From an uncultured Gemmatimonadaceae bacterium (GTDB taxonomy: Bacteria; Gemmatimonadota; Gemmatimonadetes; Gemmatimonadales; Gemmatimonadaceae): a DNA stretch of 64,000 bases. Every line of letters begins with the position of its first letter. Position 1 is the first letter of the stretch. A model generated the notes under the pieces. It made no database searches, was not told the origin of the DNA, and was given only the letters and a program-made list of their open reading frames with translations. This document shows positions 10,218 through 18,894 of this stretch, in pieces. The translations under genes were made by a program, and so were the position numbers. Where the stretch lies: assembly GCA_963761305.1 (NCBI GenBank), contig CAVXGK010000002.1:288001-352000 (forward strand), written 5' to 3'.

Positions 10218-11084
10218 ATGGACCCAGAGACGATCGAGATTCGGCCGCTCGCCGTGCCCGACGAGTTCCAGGCGTGCGTCGAGCTCCAGTGCGAGACCTG
10301 GGGCGAAAGCTTCAGCGACGTCGTGCCCGCCAGCATCCTCAAAGTGTCCCAGCGGGTCGGCGGCGTCGCCCTCGGCGCGTTCGGCCCGGAGCGGCGGCTC
10401 GTCGGCTTCGTGTTCGGGCTCACCGGCGTCGAAACCGGCGGCCGGATCGTGCACTGGTCCGACATGCTCGCCGTGCGCCCCGAAGCACGGAACATCGGCG
10501 TCGGCCGGCGGCTCAAGGAAGAACAGCGAAAGATGGTGCGCGAGCTCGGCGGGGACGTGATCTACTGGACCTTCGATCCGCTCGTCGGACGCAATGCGCA
10601 CCTCAACCTGAATCGGCTCGGCGTGCGGATCAGCGAATACGTGGTGGACATGTACGGCATCACCGACGCGACGCTGCACGGTGGCGTGGCCACCGACCGC
10701 CTCATCGTCGCCTGGCCCACGCACGACGACGAGATCGCCGAGCGTCTTTCCGAGTCCGAGCGCGCGCTCTCGTCGCTCGATTGTTGTCAGTCGCCGATCG
10801 TGACGAGCGAATGGATCGCCGAGGTCACCGGCGCGACGATCCTTCCGCACTGCGTGCGAGTCGAGATTCCCGCGGACGGCGAGTCGCTGTTGCTCACGGG
10901 CTCTCCCGAAGCCGCGCGGTGGCGCATGTCGGTTCGCGAAGGCATGCGTTGGGGCTTCACGTCGGGCTACACGGTCAGTGCTTTTCTCTCGGTCAACGGC
11001 GACGCGGGCGAGGGACACGGCTTCTACATGCTGTCCAAGACGGCGCGCACCCTCGGCGCGTCGGGCGCCGGCGGGAGCCGGTGA
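10218..11084 (+). CDS. GNAT acyltransferase, resembling NSAR-associated succinyltransferases
   Basis: HWSDMLAVRPEARNIGVGRRLK CoA-binding loop; WTFDPL..RNAHLNL..LG; TDRLIVAW. Confidence 0.8.
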   Translation: MDPETIEIRPLAVPDEFQACVELQCETWGESFSDVVPASILKVSQRVGGVALGAFGPERRLVGFVFGLTGVETGGRIVHWSDMLAVRPEARNIGVGRRLKEEQRKMVRELGGDVIYWTFDPLVGRNAHLNLNRLGVRISEYVVDMYGITDATLHGGVATDRLIVAWPTHDDEIAERLSESERALSSLDCCQSPIVTSEWIAEVTGATILPHCVRVEIPADGESLLLTGSPEAARWRMSVREGMRWGFTSGYTVSAFLSVNGDAGEGHGFYMLSKTARTLGASGAGGSR

Positions 11085-11088
11085 GCGA

Positions 11089-12273
11089 ATGACGATCCCA
11101 GCATCAGTCGCGCGACAGTTCAGCGACGCGTTGCGCGACCGGCTCGTCGCGCTTCGACGCGACATTCATCAGCACCCGGAACTCTCGTTTCACGAGCGAG
11201 AGACGACGGCCCGCCTTCTGGCGGCGCTCGCCGAGCTCGGCGTGACCGACGTGCGACGCGTTGGCGAGACGGGCGCCGTCGTGCGCGTTCCGGGGCGCTC
11301 GCGTTCGGCGCCGGTCGTCGCGCTGCGCGGCGACATCGACGCGCTGCCGATTCAGGAGGCGACGAATCTGCCGTTCGCGTCGACGGTGCCGGGTGTGATG
11401 CACGCCTGCGGTCACGACGTGCACGCGTCGTGGGCCGTCGGCGCCGCGGCGCTGCTCGCCGCGAACCCGGCCGAGGGCGACGTGCTCGTCGTCCTGCAGC
11501 CGGCGGAGGAAACGGGCCGGGGCGCGCTGGTCGTGCTCGAGAGCGGCGCGCTCGACGGCGCGCGCGCGATCTTCGGCGGCCACGTCGACCGCCGGTTCGA
11601 CGTCGGTCAGGTCGTGGCCGACGACGGACCGCTCGCCGCCTCCGCCGACACGTTCACGATCGAGCTGCTCGGCGCCGCGGCCCACGCGGCGCGGCCGCAC
11701 GAGGCGCGCGATCCGATCGTCGCGCTCGCCTCGGTCGTGACGGCGCTCCAGTCGATCGTCTCTCGCCGCTTGAATCCCGCGACACCCGGGGTGATCACGG
11801 TGGGAACAATTGCCGCCGGAGCGGCTTCCAACATCATCCCCGACCGCGCCACGGCCACGGGAACGATCCGCGCCGTGGAGCCCGAGTCGCGGTCGCTCAT
11901 GCACGCCGAGCTGCGGCGTGTGACGGAGTCGGTCGCCTCAGGGTTGGGTGTGGAGGCGCGTGTCACCATCGATCGCGGCCCGCCGCCGGTAGTGAATCCC
12001 GCCGAGCAAGCGGGATGGGCGCGCGAGGCTGCGTCGTCGCTGCTGGGCCGAGAGAACGTCGTGCCGCTCGGCTTCTTGAACCTGGCGGGCGAGGATTTCT
12101 CGAACTACATGGAGCGAATTCCCGGTTGTTTCCTGCGCATTGGCGCCCGCGAGCCCGGCGGGCCAATGATCCCCGCCCACTCGCCGGCCTTCGCCCCGGC
12201 GGAGGATTGTCTTTTCGTGGGCGCGGCCGTCCTGGCCGAGTGCGCACGGGTCGCGTCGCGGTCCCTTCAATAA
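11089..12273 (+). CDS. M20D amidohydrolase (hippurate hydrolase-like)
   Basis: RRDIHQHPELS, RGDIDALP, MHACGHDVH, QPAEE, GEDF motifs. Confidence 0.9.
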   Translation: MTIPASVARQFSDALRDRLVALRRDIHQHPELSFHERETTARLLAALAELGVTDVRRVGETGAVVRVPGRSRSAPVVALRGDIDALPIQEATNLPFASTVPGVMHACGHDVHASWAVGAAALLAANPAEGDVLVVLQPAEETGRGALVVLESGALDGARAIFGGHVDRRFDVGQVVADDGPLAASADTFTIELLGAAAHAARPHEARDPIVALASVVTALQSIVSRRLNPATPGVITVGTIAAGAASNIIPDRATATGTIRAVEPESRSLMHAELRRVTESVASGLGVEARVTIDRGPPPVVNPAEQAGWAREAASSLLGRENVVPLGFLNLAGEDFSNYMERIPGCFLRIGAREPGGPMIPAHSPAFAPAEDCLFVGAAVLAECARVASRSLQ

Positions 12274-12284
12274 ATTCGTTGATC

Positions 12285-14570
12285 GTGAAAAAGACGTGTC
12301 GACGGCTCGTGTTGCTTGCGGCCGCCCCGCTGGCGCTCGCCTGTGGCGGCGATTCGACGTCGCCATCGGTCGGGCCGCCGGCCCACCTGGTGGCGCTGGC
12401 CGATCTCAATCGCACGGCTGTTGTCGGCACGACGATTACCGCCGGACTGGTCGTGTCGGTGACGGATGCATCGGGGCACGCAGTGACGGGAGCGTCGGTG
12501 GCGTTCGCGGTGACCGGCGGCAACGGGTCGACGACTCCCCGCATCGCGACGACCGGCGCAAACGGACAGGCGACGGCGGCGTGGACGCTCGGCACGATCG
12601 CCGGCGACAACGTGATCACGGCCAGCGTGAGCGGCGTGACGACGAACGTGACCTTCCACGCGATGGGCACACCCGGACCGACGTCGACGTTGGCGCTTTC
12701 GCCGCCGAGTCTGCGACTGCCGGTGAATTTGGACTCGGCCAGAATCACGGCGGCGAGTCTCGATTCATTCGGCAACGCCACGTCGCCCGCGCCGGTGCTG
12801 GCGCCGCGCGATCCGACGCTGATCAGCATCGACGCGACGGGACTCGTTCGCGCGCTGCGGCGCGGCGCTTCGACGTACGTCGTCGCGACGTCCGGCGCGA
12901 AGACGGACAGCGTGTTGGTCACCGTCCTCGCGCCCGGCCAATCGATTTGCACGGGTGCGGCGGCGCCGGTCGATCTTGCCGTCGGCCAGACGTTCACCGA
13001 GGTGTCGGGCCAGGGCTTCTGTGTTCACTCATCCAGCGCGAGCACCGAGTACGCGATCATCCCGTACTACAACTCGGGAGTCGCCAGCGCGACGACGGTG
13101 GTGGAAGTGAAAGGCCAGGGGATCTCGCCGCTCTCTCTGCCGACGTCCGACGTCTTCAGCGCGGCGCGACCGCCGGCGCAACGGTCGGTTCAACAGCCGC
13201 CGATCCGCATCGACCACACGTTCGAGAATCGGCTGCGGCAGCGCGAGCGCGCCGAAGCGACGAGGCGACTCGGGAATCGGGGTGGCTGGCGCGCGAGCCT
13301 CGAGGCGGCGCGCGCGACGAGCGCGGCGGCCACCGTCCCGTCGGTCGGCGACTTGATTCAACTGAACGCCAACGCGAACGACTTCTGCGACAATCCGCAG
13401 CCGAGAACCGCCCGCGTCGCCGCGGTCACCGCCAACGCGATCGTCGTCGCCGACACGAGCAACCCCACGGGCGGATTCACCGACGACGAGTACAAATCGA
13501 TCGGCGTGACGTTCGACACGCTGATCGACCCGGTCGATCGCGGCGCGTTCGGCGCGCCGAGCGACATCGACGGCAACGGACGCGTGATCCTGTTCTTCAC
13601 ACGCGCCGTGAACGAGCTGACGTCGATGGGCGCGACCAGCGTCACCCTCGGTTTCTTCTTTGCGCGCGACCTGTACCCGAAGACGGTGGCGCCCGGCCCG
13701 TGCCCCGGCAGCAACTTCGCCGAGATGTTCTATCTTCTCGTGCCGGATACCGCCGGCGTCGTCAACGGCAACGTGCGATCGAAATCGCTGGTGCAGACGC
13801 TGACGAATGGAACCGTGGCGCACGAATACCAGCATCTGATCAACGCGTCGCGCCGGATGTACGTGAACGGCGTGGGGACGGCGTTCGAGGAGCGCTGGCT
13901 GGATGAAGGGCTCGCGCACTCCGCCGAGGAGCTCAATTTCTACGCGTCGGCGAAGCGAACGCCGCGGTCCAACATCGACATCACCGCGTTCAAGGATCCC
14001 TCGTTCACGAGCGCATATTCCACGTTCGCGATGAACAATTTCCTCCGCTATAGCGTGTACCTCGGTACACCCGAGACGCAGGCCCCCATCGGCTTCGACG
14101 CCGACGATGACGACCTGGCGACCCGCGGAGCGATCTGGAACTTCCTCCGCTATTCCGCCGACCATCTGCCGGCCGGCACCGAGAACACGTTCTGGTTCAA
14201 CCTCGTGAATTCGAAGACCAGCGGAATGGCGAACCTGACGAACGTGCTCGGGATGTCGCCGGCCGGGATGCTGCACGACTGGGCGATCTCCGTCTTCCTC
14301 GACGACAACGCGCCGAACGTCGACCCGCGATTCCTCCAGCCGTCGTGGAACTCGCGGAGCATCTTGACCGGCGGTGGTACGTCCACGCCGTTCCCCCTCC
14401 TGACGCACACCCTGTCCGACAACGTGCAGGTGAGCTTGAACATGGTGGGTTTTGGCGTTTCCTTCTTGCGTTTTTCGGTGGCGAATGGCCAAGATGCATT
14501 GCTGACCGTGACGTCCAACGGCCAGCCGCTGCCGCCGACGATGCAGCTGTCGGTCGTTCGGGTGCGCTAG
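12285..14570 (+). CDS. Lipoprotein with Ig-like (Big) domains and a C-terminal zincin metallopeptidase (M30-like)
   Basis: Lipobox LALAC; Thr/Gly-rich Ig-like repeats; AHEYQHLI followed by WLDEGLA. The ORF-track N-terminus (11430-12284) overlaps the M20 gene and is spurious. Confidence 0.8.
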   Translation: MKKTCRRLVLLAAAPLALACGGDSTSPSVGPPAHLVALADLNRTAVVGTTITAGLVVSVTDASGHAVTGASVAFAVTGGNGSTTPRIATTGANGQATAAWTLGTIAGDNVITASVSGVTTNVTFHAMGTPGPTSTLALSPPSLRLPVNLDSARITAASLDSFGNATSPAPVLAPRDPTLISIDATGLVRALRRGASTYVVATSGAKTDSVLVTVLAPGQSICTGAAAPVDLAVGQTFTEVSGQGFCVHSSSASTEYAIIPYYNSGVASATTVVEVKGQGISPLSLPTSDVFSAARPPAQRSVQQPPIRIDHTFENRLRQRERAEATRRLGNRGGWRASLEAARATSAAATVPSVGDLIQLNANANDFCDNPQPRTARVAAVTANAIVVADTSNPTGGFTDDEYKSIGVTFDTLIDPVDRGAFGAPSDIDGNGRVILFFTRAVNELTSMGATSVTLGFFFARDLYPKTVAPGPCPGSNFAEMFYLLVPDTAGVVNGNVRSKSLVQTLTNGTVAHEYQHLINASRRMYVNGVGTAFEERWLDEGLAHSAEELNFYASAKRTPRSNIDITAFKDPSFTSAYSTFAMNNFLRYSVYLGTPETQAPIGFDADDDDLATRGAIWNFLRYSADHLPAGTENTFWFNLVNSKTSGMANLTNVLGMSPAGMLHDWAISVFLDDNAPNVDPRFLQPSWNSRSILTGGGTSTPFPLLTHTLSDNVQVSLNMVGFGVSFLRFSVANGQDALLTVTSNGQPLPPTMQLSVVRVR

Positions 14571-14635
14571 GTGCGGGATTCGCGCACGGCGTGAATGGCC
14601 GGACGAAGCATTGAAACTCTGCCGAGAGAAACCGT

Positions 14636-15103
14636 ATGCGACGTCTCTTGATGCTCCTTGCCGTGGCGGGCCTGACGGCCTGCAATCTGGATGTGCCGCA
14701 GGACGCCGCCAACAATGCTCCGGACGTGCCGAGCCAACCCGATACGGAAACGTTCGCCGCGAACCTGAACATCAACATCTCCCAGATGACCAAGACGGCG
14801 GCGGGCGACTACTACAAGGATCTGCGACAAGGGTCCGGTGCGACCCTCACCACACCGCGAATCGTCGTCTTCAGCTACCGGACGTTCCTCAAGACAGGCG
14901 TCATCGTGGATCAGGCTGTGAGCTTGCAACAGGACCTGAACCAGGTCGTGCGCGGGCTTCAGGACGGGATGATTGGGATGGTGGAGGGCGGCGAACGGGT
15001 AGTCGTCGTCCCTTCCGAATTGGCGTTCGGTCAATTGGGTAAGCCGCCGATCCCGCCCAACGCGACGCTCGTGTTCGACGTGGTGCTGAACACAATTCCG
15101 TAG
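14636..15103 (+). CDS. FKBP-type peptidyl-prolyl isomerase lipoprotein
   Basis: Lipobox LTAC; GMVEGGERVVVVPSELAFG...IPPNATLVFDV. Confidence 0.88.
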   Translation: MRRLLMLLAVAGLTACNLDVPQDAANNAPDVPSQPDTETFAANLNINISQMTKTAAGDYYKDLRQGSGATLTTPRIVVFSYRTFLKTGVIVDQAVSLQQDLNQVVRGLQDGMIGMVEGGERVVVVPSELAFGQLGKPPIPPNATLVFDVVLNTIP

Positions 15104-15138
15104 CTCGCCGTTTCGCCTCGCCCACACGGAGAATCTCG

Positions 15139-16878
15139 ATGTCGCCTCGGCTGTTCGCGACGGTCGCGCTTGGCGCCGTCCTCCTCGTCCCTTCGTCCGG
15201 CCGCGCGCAATCCGGCGCCGACGTGATCACCGATCCCGTCATCCGGCGAATGTGGACCCTCGGCATCGACAGCTCCCACACGTGGGACCTGTCGCAGGTG
15301 CTGTTCGATTCGATCGGTCCGCGACTCAGCGGCACGCCGCAAGGCGTTCAGGCCAGCGACTGGGTGATGAAGATGTACCGGTCGTGGGGCATCGACACGC
15401 ACCGCGAGAAATACGGCACGTGGCGCGGCTGGAAACGCGGCTACTCGCACATCGATCTCGTCAAGCCGCGCGTGCGTACGCTCGAGGCCACGCTGCTCGG
15501 CGACAGCCCGGGCACCGGCGGCCAAAACGTATCTGGCGGCATCGTCGTGCTCCCGATGGTGAAGGACAGCAGTGAATTCGCCAAGTGGTTGCCGAACGCG
15601 AAGGGCAAGTTCGTGCTGATCTCGCCCGCCTACCCGACGTGCCGGCCCGAAGAGGAGTGGGCCGCGATGGCCACGCCGGGGTCGAAGACGCGCATGGACT
15701 CCACCATCGTCACCCTGGTGAACGACTGGAACACGCGGCTCCGCAACACCGGATATCCGGTCACCGCCGGCAATCCGACGGGCAACCTCGGCATGCGCAT
15801 CGAGAAAGCGGGCGCCCTCGGCGTGATCGTGTCGAACTTCGCGAATCCGCTGAGCGGGGCGTGGGGCACGTTCACCGTCTACGACACGAAGAACAAGACC
15901 GCGCTCGGCATCGCGATGAGCTGCGAGGACTACGGCCTTCTCTATCGCATGACGGAAAAGCACCAAGGGCCGCAGCTGCGCGTCAACGCGCAGACGGAGT
16001 CGCTCGGCGAGGTGCCGATGTACGACACGTTCGGCACGATCAAGGGTTCAGAGAAACCGAACGAGATCGTCCTGTTGTCCGCGCACTTCGATTCGTGGGA
16101 CGGGTCGCAGGGCGCGACCGACAACGGCACGGGCACGATCACGATGATGGAAGCCATGCGCATCCTGAAGGAGGCCTATCCGCATCCCAAGCGCACGATC
16201 ATGGTCGGGCACTGGCCGGGCGAGGAGCAAGGACTCATCGGGTCGCACGCCTTTGCGTTCGACCATCCGGAAATCGTGCGACAGATTCAGGCGGGCTTCA
16301 ATCAGGACAACGGCACGGGACGCATTCAGAGCACGTCGGGCGTGGGGCTTCCCAACGCCGGCGAGCACATGCAAGCCTGGCTCGCCAAGCTGCCGCAGTA
16401 CTTCCAGCAGCAGATGCACTACACCGGCGTCGGGGCGCCGGCGACGGGCGGCACGGACAACGCCTCGTTCGACTGCTTCGGCGCACCGGTGTTCGGACTC
16501 AGCTCGCTCAACTGGGACTACGGCACGTACACGCACCACACGAATCGCGACAGCTTCGACAAGATCGTGTTCGACGATCTCAAGGGAAACGCGACGATCG
16601 TCGCGATGCTCGCGTATCTCGCGTCCGAGGACCCCGCCTTCATCACGCGCCAGCGCGCCGATCTCGCCGCCGATGGTGGCCGCGGTGGCCGCGGTGGAGG
16701 TCGAGGCGCCGCGGGCGGTCGCGCCGAATTGAGTGCCGCGCTCTTGGGCGTCGGCGCAGGGCGTGGGGCCGGCGGCCGCGGGAACGTGGACGAGAAGGGT
16801 TGGGGCACGACCTGCCCCAAGGCACCACGCTTCTTCAACGACACCTCTCGAGTGACGGCGCCGTCGAACCGGCCGTAG
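15139..16878 (+). CDS. Exported M28 peptidase (carboxypeptidase Q-like)
   Basis: Signal peptide; IGPRLSG, SAHFDSWD, GATDNGTG, GEEQGL, THHTNRD. Confidence 0.9.
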   Translation: MSPRLFATVALGAVLLVPSSGRAQSGADVITDPVIRRMWTLGIDSSHTWDLSQVLFDSIGPRLSGTPQGVQASDWVMKMYRSWGIDTHREKYGTWRGWKRGYSHIDLVKPRVRTLEATLLGDSPGTGGQNVSGGIVVLPMVKDSSEFAKWLPNAKGKFVLISPAYPTCRPEEEWAAMATPGSKTRMDSTIVTLVNDWNTRLRNTGYPVTAGNPTGNLGMRIEKAGALGVIVSNFANPLSGAWGTFTVYDTKNKTALGIAMSCEDYGLLYRMTEKHQGPQLRVNAQTESLGEVPMYDTFGTIKGSEKPNEIVLLSAHFDSWDGSQGATDNGTGTITMMEAMRILKEAYPHPKRTIMVGHWPGEEQGLIGSHAFAFDHPEIVRQIQAGFNQDNGTGRIQSTSGVGLPNAGEHMQAWLAKLPQYFQQQMHYTGVGAPATGGTDNASFDCFGAPVFGLSSLNWDYGTYTHHTNRDSFDKIVFDDLKGNATIVAMLAYLASEDPAFITRQRADLAADGGRGGRGGGRGAAGGRAELSAALLGVGAGRGAGGRGNVDEKGWGTTCPKAPRFFNDTSRVTAPSNRP

Positions 16879-16887
16879 GTCCGGTTG

Positions 16888-18894
16888 ATGGAGCCGATGT
16901 GGACGCCCTCGCCCGAGCGCATCGCTCGCGCGAACCTGACTCGTTTCATCGAGCGGGTTCGCGCGCTCGGCGAAGACGGGCGCGGCGAGTCCGTCCACGA
17001 TTTCGAATCCTTGTACGAGTGGTCGATCCGGAACGTCGAGCTGTTCTGGCTCGAGGTCCGCGCCTTCGGCGGCATCGTCACCGGGCCACCCGACCCTGAG
17101 ATCGCGTGTGAGCGCGTTCTCGTCGGACGCGACCGCATGGCGCCGCCCGATCCGGTGCTCGGGCCGAACTGGTTCGTCGGGACGCGGCTCAACTTCGCCG
17201 AGAATCTTCTCCGCTATCGCGACGATCGTGAGGCGATCGTGGCGTGGAATGAGCGCGGCGCGCAGACGCGCCTGACGTACGCGCAGCTGTACGACGAGGT
17301 GGCGCGCGTCGCCGCCGGCCTGCGGTCGCTCGGCGTCAAGACCGGTGATCGCGTCGCCGGCTTCATGCCCAACATTCCCGAGACCGTGATCGCGATGCTC
17401 GCCGCGACGAGCATCGGCGCGATCTGGTCGTCGTGCTCACCGGACTTCGGCGTCGCCGGGGTGTTGGACCGGTTCGGTCAGATTCGCCCGCGGGTCCTCT
17501 TCTGCGCCGACGCCTACCTCTACGCGGGCCGGGAGATCGACTGCCTCGAGCGCGCGCGTGAGATCGTCGGTCGCATTCAGGAGGTCGAGCACGTCGTCGT
17601 CGTGCCGTACATGCAGCCGTCGCCCGACATCGGCGGGATTCGCGGCGCGATGACGTGGGACGACGTTCGCTCGCGCGGCGCGTCGCCGGCGCTCCAGTTC
17701 GAGCATCTGCCGTTCAATCACCCGCTCTACATCATGTATTCGTCGGGCACGACGGGACTGCCCAAGTGCATGGTGCACGGCGCCGGCGGTACGCTCATTC
17801 AACATCTCAAAGAGCTCGGGCTCCACACCGACGTCACGCGCGACGACCGCGTGTTCTACTTCACGACCTGCGGCTGGATGATGTGGAACTGGCTCGTCTC
17901 GTGTCTCGCCCTCGGCTCGACCATCGTCCTGTACGACGGCGCGTCGCTCATCCGTCAGCGGCCGATCCTCTGGGACATGGCGTCCGCCGAGCGGGTCACG
18001 ATCTTCGGCACCAGCGCCAAGTGGCTCGCGCTCGCCGAAAAGGAAGGACTGCACCCGCGCGACACACACGACCTGAGCGCGCTCGAGGCGATCCTCTCGA
18101 CGGGAAGTCCGCTCGCCGCGCACAGCTTCGACTACGTCTACGGGCACGTCAAACCGGCCGTGCGGTTGAGCAGCATCAGCGGCGGCACCGACATCATCTC
18201 GTGCTTCGCCGGCGGCAACCCGACCGGCCCGGTGTGGCGCGGCGAGTTACAGGGACGCGCGCTCGGCATGCGCGTCGAGATCTTCGACGAGCAGGGCAAA
18301 TCGATCGTCGAAACGCCGGGTGAGCTGGTGTGCACCGCGCCGTTCCCGAGCATGCCCGTCGCGTTCTGGAACGACACCGGCGACGCGAAATACCGCGCCG
18401 CGTACTTCGAGCACTACCCGAACGTGTGGCGACACGGCGACTGGGCGGAGATCACCTCGCACAAGGGAGTGATCATCTACGGCCGCAGCGACGCGACGCT
18501 CAATCCGGGCGGCGTGCGGATCGGCACGGCGGAGATCTATCGTCAGGTCGAGCAGCTCCCCGAGATCATCGAAAGCGTCGTGATCGGCCAGGACGTGACC
18601 ACCGACGGCAACGCCGACGTCCGCATCGTGCTGTTCGTGCGTCTGGCTGAGGGACTCACACTCACCGACGAGCTGCGGGACAAGATCCGCGTTCAGATTC
18701 GCAGCAACGCGAGCCCGCATCACGTGCCGCGCAAGATCATTCAGGTGCGCGACATTCCGCGCACGATCAGCGGCAAGATCACCGAGCTCGCCGTGCGCGA
18801 CGTCGTCCACGGCCGCCCGGTGAAGAACGTCGACGCGCTGGCCAATCCGGCCGCGTTGGATCTCTTCCGCGACCTGCCCGAGCTGTCGAGCTAG
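16888..18894 (+). CDS. Acetoacetate--CoA ligase
   Basis: LNFAENLL, YSSGTTGLPKCMVHG, FTTCGWMMWNWL, SISGGTDI, GRSDATLNPGGVRIGTAEIY. Confidence 0.93.
   Translation: MEPMWTPSPERIARANLTRFIERVRALGEDGRGESVHDFESLYEWSIRNVELFWLEVRAFGGIVTGPPDPEIACERVLVGRDRMAPPDPVLGPNWFVGTRLNFAENLLRYRDDREAIVAWNERGAQTRLTYAQLYDEVARVAAGLRSLGVKTGDRVAGFMPNIPETVIAMLAATSIGAIWSSCSPDFGVAGVLDRFGQIRPRVLFCADAYLYAGREIDCLERAREIVGRIQEVEHVVVVPYMQPSPDIGGIRGAMTWDDVRSRGASPALQFEHLPFNHPLYIMYSSGTTGLPKCMVHGAGGTLIQHLKELGLHTDVTRDDRVFYFTTCGWMMWNWLVSCLALGSTIVLYDGASLIRQRPILWDMASAERVTIFGTSAKWLALAEKEGLHPRDTHDLSALEAILSTGSPLAAHSFDYVYGHVKPAVRLSSISGGTDIISCFAGGNPTGPVWRGELQGRALGMRVEIFDEQGKSIVETPGELVCTAPFPSMPVAFWNDTGDAKYRAAYFEHYPNVWRHGDWAEITSHKGVIIYGRSDATLNPGGVRIGTAEIYRQVEQLPEIIESVVIGQDVTTDGNADVRIVLFVRLAEGLTLTDELRDKIRVQIRSNASPHHVPRKIIQVRDIPRTISGKITELAVRDVVHGRPVKNVDALANPAALDLFRDLPELSS

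Noticed and set aside
11430..12284. N-terminal extension of the 1046-aa ORF
   Set aside because: Arg-rich off-frame overlap with the M20 gene; the lipoprotein signal starts at 12285.
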